Shown here: positions 43,198 to 55,359 of the stretch, piece after piece
How the letters are laid out: every line of letters begins with the position of its first letter
How positions within the stretch are numbered: the stretch's first letter is position 1
From: Eledone cirrhosa
Taxonomy: Eukaryota
NCBI GenBank assembly: GCA_964016885.1
Contig: OZ024743.1
Coordinates: forward strand, 24,986,001 to 25,050,000
Length of the DNA stretch: 64,000 nt
Direction of reading: 5' to 3'
The notes under the pieces: model-generated
The model's input: the letters and a program-made list of their open reading frames with translations, nothing else
Told to the model about the DNA's origin: nothing
The model's database searches: none
Translations under genes and position numbers: made by a program

Positions 43198-43239
<42 letters not shown>

Positions 43240-43427
43240 CTGTGCTGTGTGTATGCCGCTTTTTTATCACCCTCCCACCATAATATCGTGGACGCCCTTT
43301 CTCATATATTTCATAACTATTGTTACCTCGCCAATAATTCCTCAATATATTCCCTTGACTTCGCTCCGCCCAACACTGCTGCATTGCCCAACCCTCATTG
43401 CATTTATTTGCCTCATTCTGATTTGGC

Positions 43428-45545
43428 CTCTACTTGCCATTCTCCCACCCCCTTTTCCCTCCACTTGCCATTCTCCCACCCCCTTCCCCTCCACTTGCCA
43501 TTCTCCCACCCCCTTTCCCTCTACTTGCCATTCTCCCACCCCCTTCCCCTCTACTTGCCATTCTCCCACCCCCTTTCCCTCTACTTGCCATTCTCCCACC
43601 CCCTTTCCCTCTACTTGCCATTCTGCCACCCCCTTTCCCTCTACTTGCCATTCTCCTACCCCCTTTCCCTCTACTTGCCATTCTCCCACCCCCTTTCCCT
43701 CTACTTGCCATTCTCCCACCCCCTTTCCCTCTACTTGCCATTCTCCCACCCCCTTTCCCTCTACTTGCCATTCTCCCACCCCCTTTCCCTCTACTTGCCA
43801 TTCTCCCACCCCCTTTCCCTCTACTTGCCATTCTGCCACCCCCTTTCCCTCTACTTGCCATTCTCCCACCCCCTTTCCCTCTACTTGCCATTCTCCCACC
43901 ACTTTCCCTCTACTTGCCATTCTCCCACCCCCTTTCCCTCTACTTGCCATTCTCCCACCCCCTTTCCCTCTACTTGCCATTCTCCCACCCCCTTTCCCTC
44001 TACTTGCCATTCTCCCACCCCCTTTCCCTCTACTTGCCATTCTCCCACCCCCTTTCCCTCTCGTTGCCATTCTCCCACCACTTTCCCTCTACTTGCCATT
44101 CTCCCACCCCCTTTCCCTCTACTTGCCATTCTCCCACCCCCTTTCCCTCTACTTGCCATTCTCCCACCACTTTCCCTCTACTTGCCATTCTCCCACCCCC
44201 TTTCCCTCTACTTGCCATTCTCCCACCCCCTTCCCCTCTACTTGCCATTCTCCCACCCCCTTTCCCTCTACTTGCCATTCTCCCACCCCCTTTCCCTCTA
44301 CTTGCCATTCTGCCACCCCCTTTCCCTCTACTTGCCATTCTCCTACCCCCTTTCCCTCTACTTGCCATTCTCCCACCCCCTTTCCCTCTACTTGCCATTC
44401 TCCCACCCCCTTTCCCTCTACTTGCCATTCTCCCACCCCCTTTCCCTCTACTTGCCATTCTCCCACCCCCTTTCCCTCTACTTGCCATTCTCCCACCCCC
44501 TTTCCCCCTACTTGCCATTCTCCCACCACTTTCCCTCTACTTACTATTCTCCCACCCCCTTTCCCTCTACTTGCCATTCTCCCACCCCCTTTCCCTCTAC
44601 TTGCCATTCTCCCACCCCCTTTCCCTCTACTTGCCATTCTCCCACCCCCTTTCCCTCTACTTGCCATTCTCCCACCACTTTCCCTCTACTTGCCATTCTC
44701 CCACCCCCTTTCCCTCTACTTGCCATTCTCCCACCCCCTTTCCCTCTACTTGCCATTCTCCCACCACTTTCCCTCTACTTGCCATTCTCCCACCCCCTTT
44801 CCCTCTACTTGCCATTCTCCCACCCCCTTCCCCTCTACTTGCCATTCTCCCACCCCCTTTCCCTCTACTTGCCATTCTCCCACCCCCTTTCCCTCTACTT
44901 GCCATTCTGCCACCCCCTTTCCCTCTACTTGCCATTCTCCTACCCCCTTTCCCTCTACTTGCCATTCTCCTACCCCCTTTCCCTCTACTTGCCATTCTCC
45001 CACCCCCTTTCCCCCTACTTGCCATTCTCCCACCACTTTCCCTCTACTTACTATTCTCCCACCCCTTTCCCTCTACTTGCCATTCTCCCACCCCCTTTCC
45101 CTCTACTTGCCATTCTCCCACCCCCTTTCCCTCTACTTGCCATTCTCCCACCCCCTTTCCCTCTACTTGCCATTCTCCCACCACTTTCCCTCTACTTGCC
45201 ATTCTCCCACCCCCTTTCCCTCTACTTGCCATTCTCCCACCCCCTTTCCCTCTACTTGCCATTCTCCCACCCCCTTTCCCTCTACTTGCCATTCTCCCAC
45301 CCCCTTTCCCTCTACTTGCCATTCTCCCACCACTTTCCCTCTACTTGCCATTCTCCCACCCCCTTTCCCTCTACTTGCCATTCTCCCACCCCCTTTCCCT
45401 CTACTTGCCATTCTCCCACCCCCTTTCCCTCTACTTGCCATTCTCCCACCCCCTTTCCCTCTACTTGCCATTCTCCCACCCCCTTTCCCTCTACTTGCCA
45501 TTCTCCCACCCCTTTCCCTCTACTTGCCATTCTCCCACCCCTTTC
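43428..45545. repeat. 30-bp polypyrimidine/polypurine minisatellite
   Basis: Unit TTCTCCCACCCCCTTTCCCTCTACTTGCCA, about 70 copies with recurring 29-bp variants. Confidence 0.98.
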
Positions 45546-45780
45546 TCTTTATTTTATTTTCTATGCAATTTTTGTTGATTTTTTTTTATCCATTTCTTTC
45601 ATGCATCATGTCGTATATGCGTGTATGTGCGTGTTTATGTCTGAGTGTGAGTGTGGGTGTGGGTGTGTGTCTGAGTGTGTGTGTGTGTGTGTGCGTGTGT
45701 GGTGTCTGCTACGGTTATGGCTGCAGCTACAAGATACTGCTACCTTTATGTGGAAGCACGTTTGCAAACTAGTTTATGTT

Positions 45781-45782
45781 AC

Positions 45783-45827
<45 letters not shown>

Positions 45828-45924
45828 CAGCAGCAGCAGCAGTAGCAGCAGCAGCAGAAGTAGTAGTAGTAGCAGTAGTAGTAGCAGTACCAGTACAAGT
45901 AGTAGTAGCAGTAGTAGTAGCAAA

Positions 45925-45962
<38 letters not shown>

Positions 45963-45973
45963 TAGTAGTAGTA
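45781..45973. repeat. (AGT)n/(AGC)n trinucleotide tract
   Basis: Directly visible. Confidence 0.95.
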
Positions 45974-46585
45974 AATTGGATATATTTTCCATGAATATGG
46001 CATGAGCAAATAATCCTAAAACACAATTTTCAATGATATAGCAGTGCAGGTTCCAACGGAGTAGCGTTTTTTGATGTTGAAATATATTCCGAATGGAATA
46101 CAAATTAGCTGTCTAGAAATCTAGCCCAAGGCACAGTCGTCATGGTCAGGTCGTCTTTAGAAATTTTAAATCACTTGTCATTCTGTCACTTCAATTCTCA
46201 TTGGATGCAGTTTGGCACCAGTATTATCTGTAGTGGAACTCAGAACATAAAAATTCTGGATTTAATACCACAAGGTAATTTATCCCACTCTCTAACAATT
46301 TTGGCAACCAGTCTTCCTTGACTGGCACTTTATTTTAATGACCTTGGAAAGATGTGAAGCAAAATTAATCGCAATTGGATTTTAATTTATAACGTAAAGA
46401 GCCGGGGCAGATAACGCAAATCATTTCTCCGGCGCTCAAAAATTCCACCCTCTTAAAAGAATTCATATATAAAAAAAATATATATGTATATATATATGCA
46501 AAAGTTCTATTTAAAATTGTTGGGATACAACAAGTAAATATTTTTATAACTGATATAAAGCACTCGACAAGTATTTGGAGTAGAT

Positions 46586-46930
46586 ATACGATATTAATAA
46601 ATGGAAACTATATTTATAAAACCATATTTATTTCATTATACATATTTTAGGGATACCAAATTAAATTATGGTATGCCTTCATCAGACAAAATACAATATA
46701 TAACAATTTTACAAATAAGCTTTGACGTACCCTTTTAAAATGCAACCATGATGGCTTCCAAAAATAATGGCTGCATTTTAAAAGGGTACGTCAAAGTTTA
46801 TTTGTAAAACTATTATATATTGTATTTTGTCTGATGAAGGCATACCATAATTTAATTTGGTATCCCTGAAATATGTATAATGAAATAAATATGGTTTTAT
46901 AAATATAGTTTCCATTTATTAATATCGTAT
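46586..46930. mobile_element. palindromic element, ~163-bp arms, hammerhead in each arm
   Basis: Arms 46586-46749 and 46767-46930 are near-perfect inverted copies. Confidence 0.9.
46823..46887 (+). ncRNA. type I hammerhead ribozyme with long stem II
   Basis: UAUUUUGU-CUGAUGA-AGG C AUACCA uaauuuaauu UGGUAU C CCU-GAAA-UAUGUA-UA-AUGAAAUA; the left-arm copy has GAAA changed to AAAA. Confidence 0.75.
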
Positions 46931-46969
46931 GTATATATATATATATATAAATAAATAATGTATATAAAC

Positions 46970-48225
46970 TTGGACTTGGCGTTGTTTTATTTTATCGTCC
47001 CAGTAAGGATGGATAGCAAAGTTGACCACGGTGATATTTAATCTTATAATGTGACTAAAGTACCAGAAGGTATTCTGTTCGCTTCTCTACCGATTCTGAT
47101 AAAGTCGTACTCATGTAATAATTGTATCTAACATAAGAAAAAAAGACCATAATTTGGCGGAAGGCTACATATTAATAAAGTTGATTAAATCGAACTAATA
47201 TTTTACTGTTATTTAATTTTATCAATCCGGGAAAGTTGAAAGCTAAAACTGATCTCAGCGTGATTTGAACTGAGAACGTTAAAAGCTTTAACTAAATGCT
47301 ATAAAGCATTTTGTCCGAGGCTTTCTAGATTCTGCTAATCCACCGCTCTTTCATACTCATATAATTGTTTCTACGTTTGGCACAAGGACAGCAATTATTC
47401 AGTGCATTACTGGTACTTTATTTTATCGACCCCGTAAGGATGAATGGCAAAGTTAACCTCGGCGGGATTTGAACTCAGAATGGCAAGGGCCGTAACTCTA
47501 TACGTCAAAGCATGGCGTCCGACCCTCTACCGATACTGCCAATCCACATAATGATTTCTAGTAGAGGCAGAAGGCCAGTAATTTGGGGGGAGGGGGAAAG
47601 TCGATTAAATCGACCCCAGTACGTTACTGGTGCTTTATTTTATCGACTCCCGTAAGGATGAAAGGCAAAGTTAACCTCGGCGGGATTTGAACTCAGACTG
47701 TAAAGGACCGTAACTCTATGCTGCAAAGCATGGCGTCCGACCCTCTACCGATTCTGCCAATCCACCGCCCTTTCATACTCATATAATGATTATAGTTTCT
47801 AATTTGGGCAAAGGGCCTGGAATTTTGAAGGGATGGGAAAGTCGGAACTCAGTACTTGACTGGTACTTTATTTTATCGACCTCGGAAGAGTGAAAGGCAA
47901 AGTGAAACTCTGTGAAATTTGAACTCAGAAAGTAAAGAACCAGAACAAATCCTGCTGTGATCCAGAAACATATCTGATGCTCTATCGATTCTGCTAATCT
48001 GCCGCGCTTTCATACTAATGTAATAAAATGTTTGTCTAATACTGGCACGAGGCCAGTAATTTGGGTGAATGGGAAAGTTGATTACACTGACTTTTCTGGT
48101 ACTTTATTTTTTCGACTCCGGAAGGATGAAGGGAAAATTCGACTTCGGCAGAATTTGAACGTAGAACGTCGTAACTAAATACCTCTGAACATTTTATCCG
48201 TCGCCGTTATGATTCTGCCATGTAA
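46970..48225 (-). mobile_element. head-to-tail array of about 6 SINE S1 copies of differing age
   Basis: Repeated TTTATTTTATCGAC..GGATGAAAGGCAAAG..GGATTTGAACTCAG units; a further relic lies at about 46200-46450. Confidence 0.85.
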
Positions 48226-48389
48226 TAATAATGAATAACAAAAACAAATATTTCTTGTTTAATCTCTTCAAATGTCATTTTTGTGGGCGTATGTATAGAG
48301 TAAGAAGGCTATAGTCGATTTTATCGACAAACGTTTTCGGCGGATATTTACTGTATCGATCCTATACTGTAATTCGTATAGGGGTAGAA

Positions 48390-48855
48390 TGTTCCGACAT
48401 AGAAATAGATTTAAACATTTGAAATATAGTAATAGACATTCCAATACATTTATAGGCTTTGAAGTTGATTTATAAGCTCTGAAATACATTTATAAATACT
48501 GAAATACATTTATATGTGTTAAAATTTGTAAGTATTGAATATTAGAAATGTAAAAGCATTGAAATATATTTATAGACATTAAAATACATTTATAAGGCTT
48601 TTAAATATATTTATGGACATTGAAATACATTTATAGGTATTGAAATATATTTATGAGTGTTGAATTGCATTTATAGACATTGAATTGTATTAATAGGCAT
48701 TGAAATACATTTGTAGAGGTTTGAATATATTTATAGACATCAAAATACATTTCAGGTCATTAAAATATATTTATAGGCATTGAAATAAATTTGTAAATAA
48801 TTGAAATATATTTATAAGCTTTGAAATACATTTGTTGGAATTGATATACATTTAC
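48390..48855. repeat. degenerate ~20-bp tandem repeat
   Basis: ATTGAAATACATTTATAGGC-like units. Confidence 0.85.
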
Positions 48856-50722
48856 CATTATACATTGCACTGCAGGTCTACATTAATAAAGGATATAAAG
48901 CAATAACAAAAGATGTAGCATTTGCAAAAGTACGGTTATCTGGCTTGGCTTTTCTTTTAAAACAAAAGAGAGGTAGAGAAGATTAATTCATTAAGAAGCT
49001 AAACACGTTGTATTAGGAAGAATCAAACATTTTGAAAAAAATAAGAAGACGAAGGAAAGAATGTATCGCTGACTCTGGTCATATTAAACTCCCAATGGCC
49101 ATCACCTCTGTCCAATGTGAAGAAACATTTGGCAATACTTATTTCTCTCCAATTTCCTTCCATCTTTCCAGGTTTATATTCTTCTAAGCAACAATAAATC
49201 CATCTCTTTCTACACATACACAACTTTCAGACTGAGCCATAGGCCACTGTGATGTGAATATAGTTTGTCTGTAGAAACAAAACTAAACACATGTTTCGTA
49301 TAAAATGAAGTGAAAGAGAGTTTAACAAAGTGTATAACATACTATACACTCACCTCCTCTGCGGGCAACAAAGGAGCCACTACGTTGCAACTCGTAACCA
49401 AATGGTTTTCAAAACGGAAAGGGTATTTTTGGACGAGAAATTTCTTAAAGGCGTAATATTCACGTTTGGAACGCTTTTAATAATAAACCTGCTTGGTCAG
49501 AGCAAGCTTTGTGCTAAACAATAATAAAATTTAAAAAAAACGCACGGAAGTGTTCTCTATGAGGTCCTTCGACAGACTAGAAATAGCAGTGAACTTTGTC
49601 TAAAATTAATCCTTCGGCTTTGTAAATTGCAGTTTATATTAGATAATATAGTCAAGAATATACAGGATTATTATTATTCAATATAGAGCTCATAGTTGCT
49701 CATGCCTTGAATATCGTATATTGTTTAAGCGGACCGCACAGTGCTGAACTTAAACAAATACATAATAAAAAGAAAAAGGAAAATAAGGCTCTGAATTGGG
49801 AATGTAGGGGAAAATCCCATGCAAGTGATATTTCAGTTATCATGCAAATGAACCTGGCCATTTGTTCGACCTTTCTGAAACGTCAGTTATTTCAAGAATA
49901 TGATACTAAAAATCTTTATGCTATAACCATACCAACCCTTTTGGGGGAGTTAAAATGGTATTATAATGATGATAATGGAAGTACATTTTTATCATCATCA
50001 AGTTTCTGCAGCTGTTGAAGCCAGTTGTTGGAGTACCATTCTAGATGTTTTAGCAGTCAACAGTTGCTACAGATCTCTATCATCCGCCATCCGTACAATC
50101 TTGGTATTGTGCCCTGTCTGGTTGTTGATGTTGTTGGACCTTTCGTAACCGTTTCTTAACTATTCAATGAATAATGGTTTTATACAAGGAGTCCTGGTGG
50201 GATACATGAATGTACCAGGCAAGCATCCATGTTTTTACCACTTCAATGAATGAACTCACCATCAACCATCTTGTTATTTCTTTAAAGATTATAGGTACTG
50301 TGTTACTAAGTGATATTCAGCTACCTAGAGACACATTCGATGGCTCGTTATTGTTGTTATAATGTATACGACCTTGACGTAAGCTGTAAAATAAATTCGA
50401 GTTTAGAGAAATAGAAGTAAATAAAAATTTGGTTCAAGATTTAAAGGTGAAGAGATGTTTTGTGCATGTTTGACAAAGATGCCATTCTTTATAGGAAATC
50501 ATATTTTCTATTTTTTTTCTTCTAGTGCCGTGTTTAGATGCAACCGTTTAGTTCGGTGTTCGAGGCTCGCTTGATTTTTTCTACCCGGAGTAGATAACAT
50601 TTTATACCAGTCAATATAATCGAATTTTGATGTCAATATAATCGAATTTTTTCTCACTCAAAGTCTCCCATTTTATATCTATGTTTGAAATTATTTATTT
50701 ATTATACTCCTTTGGTATTTGC

Positions 50723-50774
<52 letters not shown>

Positions 50775-50779
50775 ATGCG

Positions 50780-50853
<74 letters not shown>

Positions 50854-51104
50854 TCTGTGCGTGTGTGTATGTGTGGCTGTAAGCATTCGTGTGCGATTCT
50901 ATCCATACAAACATCTGGCTCGACGTCTAAATTAAAGAAAAATATATACTACTGATGAGAAACATTTGTACTGAAAGAATTTTAATATAAAATTAATCCG
51001 TTCCTCGTTAAACGCAAAAACAAGAGGACAAACTTGAAAGGATCGGACAGAAGAAATGGAATACATTTATTTGAAACTAGAGACCTTTGTACACCCACCA
51101 CACA

Positions 51105-51256
<152 letters not shown>

Positions 51257-51260
51257 TATA

Positions 51261-51339
<79 letters not shown>

Positions 51340-51601
51340 TAAAATATGTCTATAGAATCACAAGATAAAATATATACCATTTCCTCTCCCAATTAGCATA
51401 ATTAACTATATAAAAAATCGAATAGACCAGGCTATAAGAATGAGGCTTCTATGAAGAAATCTCCAACAAATAACCAAAACTAGCCCTTCGCGTCGGCCGT
51501 AACGGAATATTTATCGATTATTTCGACAGCGTAATCGCTCAGATACAGTCAACTAAACAGAATTAGGTGTAAAATAAACTAGGAGAAAATAGAATATATT
51601 T

Positions 51602-51694
51602 AAATACCTCTACCATGGTTTCATCCGCATTTTGAGATTTCCAATAATTATGTAATTATTATATAACTCGAGCATCGGATTCAGCAGGAGATTT
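51602..51694 (-). ncRNA. hammerhead ribozyme with very long stem II (core CUGCUGA in this copy)
   Basis: AAAUCUC-CUGCUGA-AUCCG...CGGAU-GAAA-CCAUGG-UA-GAGGUAUUU. Confidence 0.65.
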
Positions 51695-52467
51695 GCTCTG
51701 ATCTAGACACTGAATTTTCCAAAGTGATCGCGCCAAGAATTCATTCAAAATGACCAAGAATCGTGACGTAGTCGCGGTCAGGTTGGAAGGGGTGTGTTAG
51801 TTGCTTACGACTGGTGGCTTTTTTGCTAGAAAGCACAGCACAATACAGCCAAATTTGTATCTCAACCTAATGGGAGATTATTACATATAAAAGTTTACAT
51901 ATATATATATACATATATATACATATACGTGTTTTGCAACGGGTCACTTTGTGGCTCAATGAAAATTTAATAAATTAAACAATCAGAGCTATATATCATA
52001 AAACATGTCTATAGAATCACAAGATAAAATATATACCATTTCCTCTCCCAATTAGCATAATTAACTACATAAAAAATCGAATAGACCAGGCTATAAGAAT
52101 GAGGCTTCTATAAAGAAATCTCCAACAAATAACCGAAACTAGCCCTTCGCGTCGGCCGCAACGGAATTATATATAGCTCTGATTGTTTAATTTATTAAAT
52201 TTTCATTGAGCCACAAAGTGAACCGTTGCAAAACACGTATATGTATATATATGTATATATATATGTAAACTTTTATATGTAATAATCTCCCATTAGGTTG
52301 AGATACAAATTTGGCTGTATTGTGCTGTGCTTTCTAGCAAAAAAGCAACCAGTCGTAAGCAACTACCACACCCTTCCAACCTGACCGCGACTACGTCACG
52401 ATTCTTGGCCATTTTGAATGAATTCTTGGCGCGATCACTTTAGAAAATTTAGTGTCTAGATCAGAGC

Positions 52468-52560
52468 AAATCTCCTGATGAAACCGATGCTCGAGTTATA
52501 TAATTATTACATAATTATTGGAAATCTCAAAATGCTGATGAAACCATGGTAGAGGTATTT
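52468..52560 (+). ncRNA. hammerhead ribozyme with very long stem II (intact CUGAUGA, two stem II mismatches)
   Basis: AAAUCUC-CUGAUGA-AACCG...CUGAU-GAAA-CCAUGG-UA-GAGGUAUUU. Confidence 0.7.
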
Positions 52561-53029
52561 AAATATATTATATTTTCTCCTAGTTTATTTTACACCTAAT
52601 TCTGTTTAGTTGACTGTATCTGGGCGATTACGCTGTCGAAATATTCGATAAATATTCCGTTGCGGCCGACGCGAAGGGCTAGCTTCGGTTATTTGTTGGA
52701 GATTTCTTCATAGAAGCCTCATTCTTATAGCCTGGTCTATTCGATTTTTTATATAGTTAATTATGCTAATTGGGAGAGGAAATGGTATATATTTTATCTT
52801 GTGATTCTATAGACATGTTTTATGATATATAGCTCTGATTGTTTAATTTATTAAATTTTCATTGAACCACAAAGTGACCCGTTGCAAAACACGTATATGT
52901 ATATATATATGTAAACTTTTATATATATATTTTTTTTTTTTAGGAACGATCGACTTTCGTCAAATCGGACCGAGGGAACAATGTTTCCGTTGGTCTTTCC
53001 AATTGCTAATACTATCTATCGGTCGCAAC

Positions 53030-53160
53030 TCCAGGTAGAAGGAGCAACGTGAAATAAAGTGTCTTGCTCAAGGACATAACGCATCACCTGGTCCAGGAAT
53101 CGAACTCACAACCTAAAGATTGCGAATCCAATTCTCTAACCACTCAGCCACACGCCTTCA
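53030..53160 (-). mobile_element. SINE family S2
   Basis: Same head and body as 27130-27253 and about 42270-42385. Confidence 0.8.
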
Positions 53161-53574
53161 ATATATATATATATATATTTATATATAAAATTATATATCA
53201 TAATTCGGACGCACGAAAGTTATTGCGCAACCTTGTTTTGTTTCATGGTCTGACAATATTGCATGACGACAATAGCTGTTAGTGAGGCCTATTGAAAGAA
53301 TAGGCGCCTGATGAAAAGGTTTGATTACCAGCGATTGCAATCATGCAATCTTGTCAGATCATCTAATCTAACTTTGGCAAATCGTAATAAATTAGCTCTC
53401 CCGATATAGAGAACACATTTTTTCTTGTCGAGCGACTCGCTACACGGCATGCAAGCAAGCGCGCAAACACACACAGACACACATACATACACGTGCGCAT
53501 ACTAACCTCCTCCCCCCCAACACACGCACTCAACCCCCCTCCATATATATATATAACACACACACATACATGGA

Positions 53575-54950
53575 GACATATTCGGGTGTAGGAGGTTTAT
53601 CCGGAATTTCTTGGAGGAATTTGAACAAAGACGTTTTGAATTTTATGGGATTTGTTTCTGTTTTATGTGTTTTGGTGTTATGTTAAGGGGAGTGGGACCT
53701 ATTGAGGTGAAATACTTGTGCCATAATGTTGTTGAGATGCGAATTTGATTTTTGTTGTGAGCGGATAGCATGAGGCACAAGTCCTACGTGTATTTTAAAG
53801 ATGATGCCAACATGATTTGGGTAATGCTGATTTAATATTGTCCACATCTTGCAGATAATTTAGCTCTCACGGCGCTATTGGAGAGAATAGAGTTTATGCT
53901 TTTCTAGTAAAGGCCTGTCATGCTGTCTATCTTCTTTGTTATTGACCTTTGAGGTGCCTCAATTTTTATAATATTTTTGAATTTTATGGGGAGATCTCAA
54001 TGGACAACAGTGTTCAAGGTGGGGCCGGGTAAATGTTGAGAAGAGAAGGTTGATGGTGTGGATATGTCTCGACTGGAAAGTTCTGTGAATCCAGGAACAT
54101 ATTCTGCGGGCCATGTCAATTTTTTTAAATCTATATGAGTTAGCCCAGCTTAGGTCGTTATCAACAATTGCTCTCAGGTATCTAATGTTGTTGGATACCA
54201 CAAGGGTTTCACTCGAGGGAAGAGAATATGATAGTTTCAGTGCATTCTCGTTTCCAAAGTGGATTAGTTCGAACTTATTCTCGTTCAGAAGCATATTTTC
54301 TTTTTGTTTTTTCTCGCTTATTGGATAACAGCAAGTAGTTTGAGTGAAGGCATACCTGAGATCTCCCACTCCATTCATGGCATTCTGGAGCTTGGAATCA
54401 TCTGTTGCTGTGTTTGATGACGTTGATAATATCATTGATATAAATAATGAAAAGAAGCGGACCAACACAGTTCCTTGGACGTAAATACTGACTCTGGTTG
54501 GGCTTGATTGTACTCCTTCGACTAGATTTATTTGTCAGGAGACACTTGTATTACAATAACTTTCTAGAGACACCTATTTTGGATAGCTTTTTCATTAGGG
54601 TGTTGTGATCAACCCTGCCTTGCTGAAATCAAGGTATGTGACACAAGAGATGGAGCTCTCTCCCAAAGGTCTAAACATGTCATTAAAGTGATGCAGGAGC
54701 TGCGTTAGGCAACCCCTTCCATTACGAAATCTATGCTGGCTGGAGTTTAGCTGATTGTTGCTTTAAAAAAAGTGAGTTATTTATGATCTAACCATCTTCT
54801 CAAACACCTTAAATGATATGAGAGGTGAATGAGATCGGACGGTAATTCACTGCAAGGGACTTGATTCCCGTTTTGAAAACTGGGACAACAGATTGAGACA
54901 GAGGGTGTTTAGGTATATAGCCAGCGTCCTGTGAGTTCCTCCACAGATCA
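53575..54950 (-). mobile_element. degenerate CR1-like LINE RT, older copy of the 58.2-59.1 kb family
   Basis: NYRPISFTSHI, DDSKLQ, NMLLNENKFELIHFG, RPHLEHCCPL. Confidence 0.85.
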
Positions 54951-55359
54951 GCTTGACGAGATGCATGCTGCTTCATAGATTTGGATACATTTTTAGTAAT
55001 ACTGTAGTATTGAGATGGGGATATAGAGGAACAAAGCAGTAGTTTACTATTAGTCGATATGGTAGAAATGTTAATAGCAGCAGCAGGAGAAGAGTATGAT
55101 GATGATGATGAGGAAGATGATGGTGATAATTGCGGTGGTCGCTGTGGGGAATGGGAATCTGAAGGTGAATGACTGGTCACAATCTCATTCAGTAAATCTT
55201 GTATTGTGCTGAAATTTAAGAGTAGTTTTTGTTGTTTTTGCTGCTGCTGTGGCTGTTGTTGTTGTAGTATGCAGATACTATTGCATCCAAATGCAGAGAA
55301 CTCCCTGTCGTTGAGACAGAGTGGAGATTATTCAGCTTAACAATTTCTGTTTCCGCTGT

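Larger units (their letters stand above)
51335..52925. mobile_element. 659-bp hammerhead-bearing unit: ~1.26 copies (-) joined head-to-head to ~1.15 copies (+)
   Basis: TCATAAAA..TGTCTATAGAATCAC at 51337 and 51996; inversion junction at about 52168; flanked by (TA)n. Confidence 0.9.

Noticed and set aside
49023-49268. Minus-strand acceptor at about 49268 with a nearby 66-aa ORF
   Set aside because: All three frames from the acceptor hit stops early; at most a non-coding exon.
50950-50975. CTGATGAGAAAC; likewise CTGATGA near 9256, 20169 and 53308
   Set aside because: No stem II followed by GAAA and no closing stem I; expected chance matches.
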